A stretch of 56,579 nt of DNA, counting the filler, from Squatina squatina (taxonomy: Eukaryota), in the NCBI GenBank assembly GCA_031763465.1. It is 3 parts of 2 records of this genome, joined end to end, with 100 filler letters (N's around TTAATTAATTAA, not from the genome) between each part and the next. Parts side by side here need not be neighbours in the genome. Positions count along the whole stretch, not along the records: positions 40,452 to 56,579 come from JARFOE010000080.1; 2 more parts are not named here. One strand, written 5' to 3'. Positions 51,617-56,579 of this stretch are shown here, piece by piece (the stretch's first letter is position 1; every line of letters starts with the position of its first letter). A program made the position numbers and the translations under genes. The notes under the pieces were generated by a model. That model was not told the DNA's origin. It saw nothing but the letters and a program-made list of their open reading frames with translations, and searched no databases.

Positions 51617-51920
51617 TTGGCGAGTCAGCGGGAAGAAATCTGCGGGCACTAGGACCCGGGATGGTCTCGGCGTTAATTTGCAGTCCTGAATTTTTAAAGA
51701 ATAATTTGCTGTTTCGGGAATAAAGATTGTCCGGGGGCGGAGGAGGAGAGTGTTAAAATTAAAATCGGGAGTTTAAAAACGTCTATCCATCCATCAATCA
51801 CGCCCTTAACTAGGTCTGGGAATCGGGTCGGCTGAAGGCAGCAATGCGAACTGGCAGGAGGTTCGGAGACAGGGTTGCGGTACTTTCGCTAGAAGTCGCT
51901 GTAGAGCCGGCGCTCGTACA
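51617..51920. promoter_or_regulatory. CpG-rich upstream patch with GC box
   Basis: Locally high CpG density and GGGGCGGAG at 51734-51742, ~1.2 kb upstream of the putative TSS. Confidence 0.35.
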
Positions 51921-54077
51921 GTACGAGGAGCATTCTATCATATTCTTTTGTGTGTGTTTTGCTTGTATTATTGTTTATCCACTTTCTTTAGTGGCTTTCT
52001 ATCCAAGTCTGGATTTTTTAGGCTTGATCATCTGCTTCAATCTAATTTGTACAGTAATAATTGTCCCACTTAATACTGACTAATTGGGCTTGAAGGTTTT
52101 ATTCAAAAACTACTGGAAAGCATTTATTTGCACCGCTGCTTCTTTTCTCCTGTGTACTCTCACTTTGCCCTTCCATGTCTGGACAATGTCTTCCAGACGA
52201 TTCCCTTCAATGCTAATTTAATACGTTTCATTTTTCTGTTTCTTTTTAACTTGGCTGAAATGTGTATTTCTGTACAAAATTGTCTAATGATTATCGGTTT
52301 CATAAAAGCAAGTCTGGGGGAGGTGCCATTAGTTTAACCCTGCTCTCGTGGTTTTATTGTGGAGTAAAGTGTTTTATTTGAATCAAAATTATTAATGACG
52401 TATACACTCGTGTGGCCACAGATGTTCTTCAATCGCTGGAGAAACATTAAATGAAAATCGGAAATGTAACATTTCCTGAAGAGATTCCTTTGCTACAGTG
52501 TAGCAGTAATTGGAGCGGAACCGTGTATACCGCCTTGCGCTCCTTTTTTAGATCGCCACACACTGTAATTTAAAGGGGCAGGACCATGGTTACCTCATCA
52601 AATCACATTCGGGTTTTTGTACTCGTAGTTTGGCTTTCTGAGGCCAAAAATAGAAAAAAAAAGTGTACTCAAATATTTCAAGGAATTAAATTGGACAAAT
52701 ATTGAACACGTTATTTATGTGGTCATGTAAGTACTATGCTAATACTGAGCTAGATGCTAAATAGAATTGAAAATCAATATATAAATTATTTAAGCATCTA
52801 CTGGCATGTGTATTCAAAACAAAGCATTTCCAATTTTAAATAAGGTTTTCATTTTTATTTTGAAGAAGACAACTCTTTGATTAAATCTTAAAGGTTGTCA
52901 ATTTGCTAATGGGTAATATGTCACTATTAAGAGAAAGCTTATTATCCGTTTTATATTGCCAAGATGTCTACATTTGGCAATGCCATGTATTTTGGTATAG
53001 AATTACTTTCTTGACTTTTTACAAAACATAAAATTACAGGTAACACAACCTATGTCATTGCAAGACAAAGTTGTGGAACCGACACGAGTGTTTTTGGTTT
53101 GTCACCCAATTATTGGAGATCAGACGTTTTGACAATGCCACACTGACAGTCCCCTGAACAAGGAGGCGCAAAATAAATCTTGCATTCTCTATCTNNNNNN
53201 NNNNNNNNNNNNNNNNNNNNNNNNNNNNNNNNNNNNNNNNNNNNNNNNNNNNNNNNNNNNNNNNNNNNNNNNNNNNNNNNNNNNNNNNNNNNNNGCATCT
53301 AAAAATATAAAGTAGAACATCTTGCATTTCTGGAGGATTTGCTTTAATGGAGCAAAAATATATATATATAAATAATGCAATTCAAAGTAGTACTATTTGA
53401 AAGTCGGTTTGAACAGTTCTAATTTTTAAATGAATCTTTTATATCCTTCCTTTTTATTTTCATTTGACTCTGCTGGTAAATCCAGTAGGTAAGGTAGGTG
53501 AATGAACTAGTGATGAAAGGCAGGAGTGGTAGGGATTCTGTAGAAAAATGTGGCTTTCACTATGTAGCAGCTGGCTTCTGTCTGCATCTCCCAGATGGAT
53601 AAAACTAAGTCTTAAGATGGATCTTTCAAATCTAGATTCAAATGGGAGGTGAATAGTCTCGTGCTTTATAGAGGAAAAAGAATTTGGGCTTCGTATGAAC
53701 TTGTACTGCAAATGTTACTTTTTTTGTCAAACATAAAACATAAATAAAGAGAAGTAAAATGATGGGAATTAAATTAAGTAGTTCAACTCAACCAGCTCCC
53801 AACAATGAGTCTATTTTTGAGAGATAAAAAGAAAACCTGCAAATGCTAAATTAAAATGCAAAATTTCCTGGGAGTCTCTACAGTCCTCCCACCATTTTTC
53901 CTTACTAAATAAATACATTTTTATTCAGTCATTCTTATCTGGCTGTCTTCTCCCAGTCTTTACTTGAAACCAGTAAAGAAAGTTGTGGAATTCATTCACT
54001 GGATATGGAGATCTCATGATTGCTTAAATAAATAAGTGCAATCCTTTGAACTGGAGCCCTGGCTGCGAGGGGGCTCT

Positions 54078-54091
54078 TGGGAATTGTAGTC
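54078..54091 (-). promoter_or_regulatory. ZNF143/THAP11-type ACTACA-TCCCA motif
   Basis: Minus strand reads GACTACAATTCCCA, matching the known ACTACAnnTCCCA element. Confidence 0.45.
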
Positions 54092-55345
54092 TTTTTTTCT
54101 GGACAATGCATCTGTGACTTGTTTAATGCACCTCTGCATAGTTAATTAACTAATGCTTGTGGTGTCCCTTGTGGAATCCAGGAATGATCCTGCGGCATAA
54201 AAGTTCAGGGCAGATGTGGCCATGCTTTCTAAAATACATTTATATCACACTTTTAACATAGAAAAGCATCTCAAGAGAGATGTAATCAGACAAAAATTGA
54301 CACCAAGCCAAAGNNNNNNNNNNNNNNNNNNNNNNNNNNNNNNNNNNNNNNNNNNNNNNNNNNNNNNNNNNNNNNNNNNNNNNNNNNNNNNNNNNNNNNN
54401 NNNNNNNNNNNNNTGGCACCAACACATGCCAGAATGTGAAGAACTGTGAGCTTGCTACTGTGGATCCTTCATGTACTGTGCTTCCTCAGATGAGATACAG
54501 CACCATGTGCAAATCAAGAGTCAACAAGGAATGCACTTCTATTCCACTATCTCAAAACATTTAAATGAAATAAATCAAAGCACTTGTTCTCAGAGACATT
54601 GTGGCAGAACATTCTAATGCCAGGTGGCATCAGAATTTCTATTCAAGCTCCAATATTTTGTTATATGATTTTTAAAAAAGTTAGTTCTGGCATCAAAGGG
54701 TCAATCAAAACACATAAAATGTCAGTCAACAGTGTATAGACAACAGATGTAGAGACTCAAATTAAAATTTACTTTGTACATAAAACAAACATTTGACATG
54801 AAGCTGTGTGCCCATTTTCTTTTAATAAGGGGAGGTGCCTTTACAATAACACTAAAAAGGGAGCCATGAAACCATCTAAAAAGGACAGATGGGGATTTAT
54901 TCTTTTTTAAAGTGCTGTAGTTCAAAGCAAAATTTCAAATGTGGTCTTTACTCATATTCATTTGAAAATTCTTCTGAAACCTTCATTTTAAAATTGCATG
55001 CCATAAAATATCTATTATAACAGACCAGTTTCCAAAAAATCATATGAATAACAAATGTATTTAAGCATCCCTGTAAAAACGTAAGCTTTGAAACAATTCT
55101 GAGATTGACTTTAATGTGATCTGTGATTAAATCACACTATTTACTAAAAAACACTTTTATATTCTATTAGTAATAAAAATGCATCTTAAAATTAAGTTTA
55201 AAATTAAAAGCTTAATTTAAAAGTATTTCTTAATGGTAATTCTGCTTCAAAATATTTTAATATAGAATTAAAATGTTTGGATTTAAAACTTCTAAAACAT
55301 TTCAATAGGATCTGTAGCTCAATATTATTGAATAATATAATTATA

Positions 55346-55440
55346 GTGTCAGCTGTGGCTCAGTTGGTAGCATCCTCACCCCTGAGTCAGAAGTTTGGGG
55401 GTTCAAGTCCAATCTGAGAGGCCTGAGCACAAAAGTCTAA
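55346..55440 (+). mobile_element. DeuSINE tRNA-derived head
   Basis: A box TGGCTCAGTTGG and B box GGTTCAAGTCC; homologous to 56396. Confidence 0.75.
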
Positions 55441-56395
55441 NNNNNNNNNNNNNNNNNNNNNNNNNNNNNNNNNNNNNNNNNNNNNNNNNNNNNNNNNNNN
55501 NNNNNNNNNNNNNNNNNNNNNNNNNNNNNNNNNNNNNNNNCTGTTCGATAAACCGAAATGTAGGTTCTAAGACCAGAAAGGCTTGTTTCATTTGGCACCA
55601 GCACAAATAGACTTCAACAGTAAGTGATCTTTCACCTTAGCTAGTTATATGGATACTGAGGTGAAGTTGCCATTTTAATGCTCTATTGTATAAACTTCAT
55701 GCTAAAATCTCTTTTATTTACAAGACAGCTAATATGCAATGAACACCTCACCTGAGTGGGGTGGGAAGATAAGGACTATGGTACCTATAAAACTTTGAAC
55801 TTCACAAGTTCACTTTCCCCATACAGTATAGACTTAACCAGGATAACTGAAACCATCTTTAATATATGACTTAATATAGCCGTAGGATTTCAGTTGGCTT
55901 TCTGCAGCTGCATTCCTTGTCTGCTCCATTATTTTCTTATTACAGAGAACCAATTTTCCCAACTTCTGCTTGGCTAGAATTTCTCATCAAGGAAGACTGT
56001 CCCCAGTATGGAACATGTAAGAGAAAGCAAGAGTACATAATTGCATCGCTTTTAATTAAGTCCGTTTGTTGGTTTAATGTTACCCCAAAATTTTAGGATA
56101 ACTGAGTCAAGTTCAGAGAAGGGTCTTGGTAATCGGGATTAATTTGTGTTTATAGAAAAAATTGCCTATGCAAGTCATCCAAAAAAAAAAGGATACTATA
56201 GTATAATTATTTCATACTTAGCTGAGCCAAGTCGTGCATGAGCCAAGTGTAAACAGAATAAAGATGTGTGCAGACCCAAAAAGCAGAAGTGATGATGGGA
56301 TCACTGAGATATGATAGCTTAGAAATAAACAAGCTGTTGGGAAACTTTAAGTGTTCCTAAGTGCACTAATATCAATTTAACCTTTACCATGATCA

Positions 56396-56579
56396 GTGTC
56401 AGCTGTGGCTCAGTGGTTAGCACACTCGCCTCTGCGTCAGAAGGTTGTGGGTTCAAGTCCTACTCCAGGGAGCGCATAAATCTAGTGCAGTACTGAGGGA
56501 GTGCTGCATTGTCAGAGGTGCCGTCTTTCAGATGAGACGTTAAACCGAGGCCCTGTCTGCGCTCTCATGTGGACGTAAA
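56396..56579 (+). mobile_element. DeuSINE (SacSINE1/AmnSINE1-related), head and Deu domain, truncated by window end
   Basis: A box 56406-56416, B box 56450-56460, then CAGTACTGAGGGAGTGCTGC...GAGGTGCCGTCTTTCAGATGAGACGTTAAACCGAGG, the Deu core. Confidence 0.85.

Noticed and set aside
56396-56470. tRNA gene (A and B boxes)
   Set aside because: No proper cloverleaf; it continues into the Deu domain and recurs in the window, so it is a SINE head.

Overview
Eukaryotic vertebrate DNA from a gappy draft assembly. The repeat content (DeuSINE/SacSINE1-like SINEs, CR1, L2 and Penelope-like retroelements, CpG-rich MITE-like elements) points to a cartilaginous fish; this is an inference. The one host gene is FGF9 on the minus strand. 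Coding exon 1 is visible at 49404-49668, with the start codon in an N gap. Coding exon 3 is at 43509-43754. Exon 2 is not visible and probably lies in an intronic N gap. A putative core promoter (~50442-50474) and a long 5' leader with several uORFs lie upstream. About 43 kb downstream is gene-free, repeat-rich DNA with a few enhancer-like segments. Two artificial TTAATTAATTAA spacers split the window into three blocks whose adjacency is unproven. I found no clearly new protein-coding system. The best leads are regulatory or structural: the FGF9 uORF cluster, a post-stop hairpin and stop-start ORF, and an inverted pair of multi-hairpin elements. All comparisons to human FGF9/FGF20 are from memory and need alignment to confirm.
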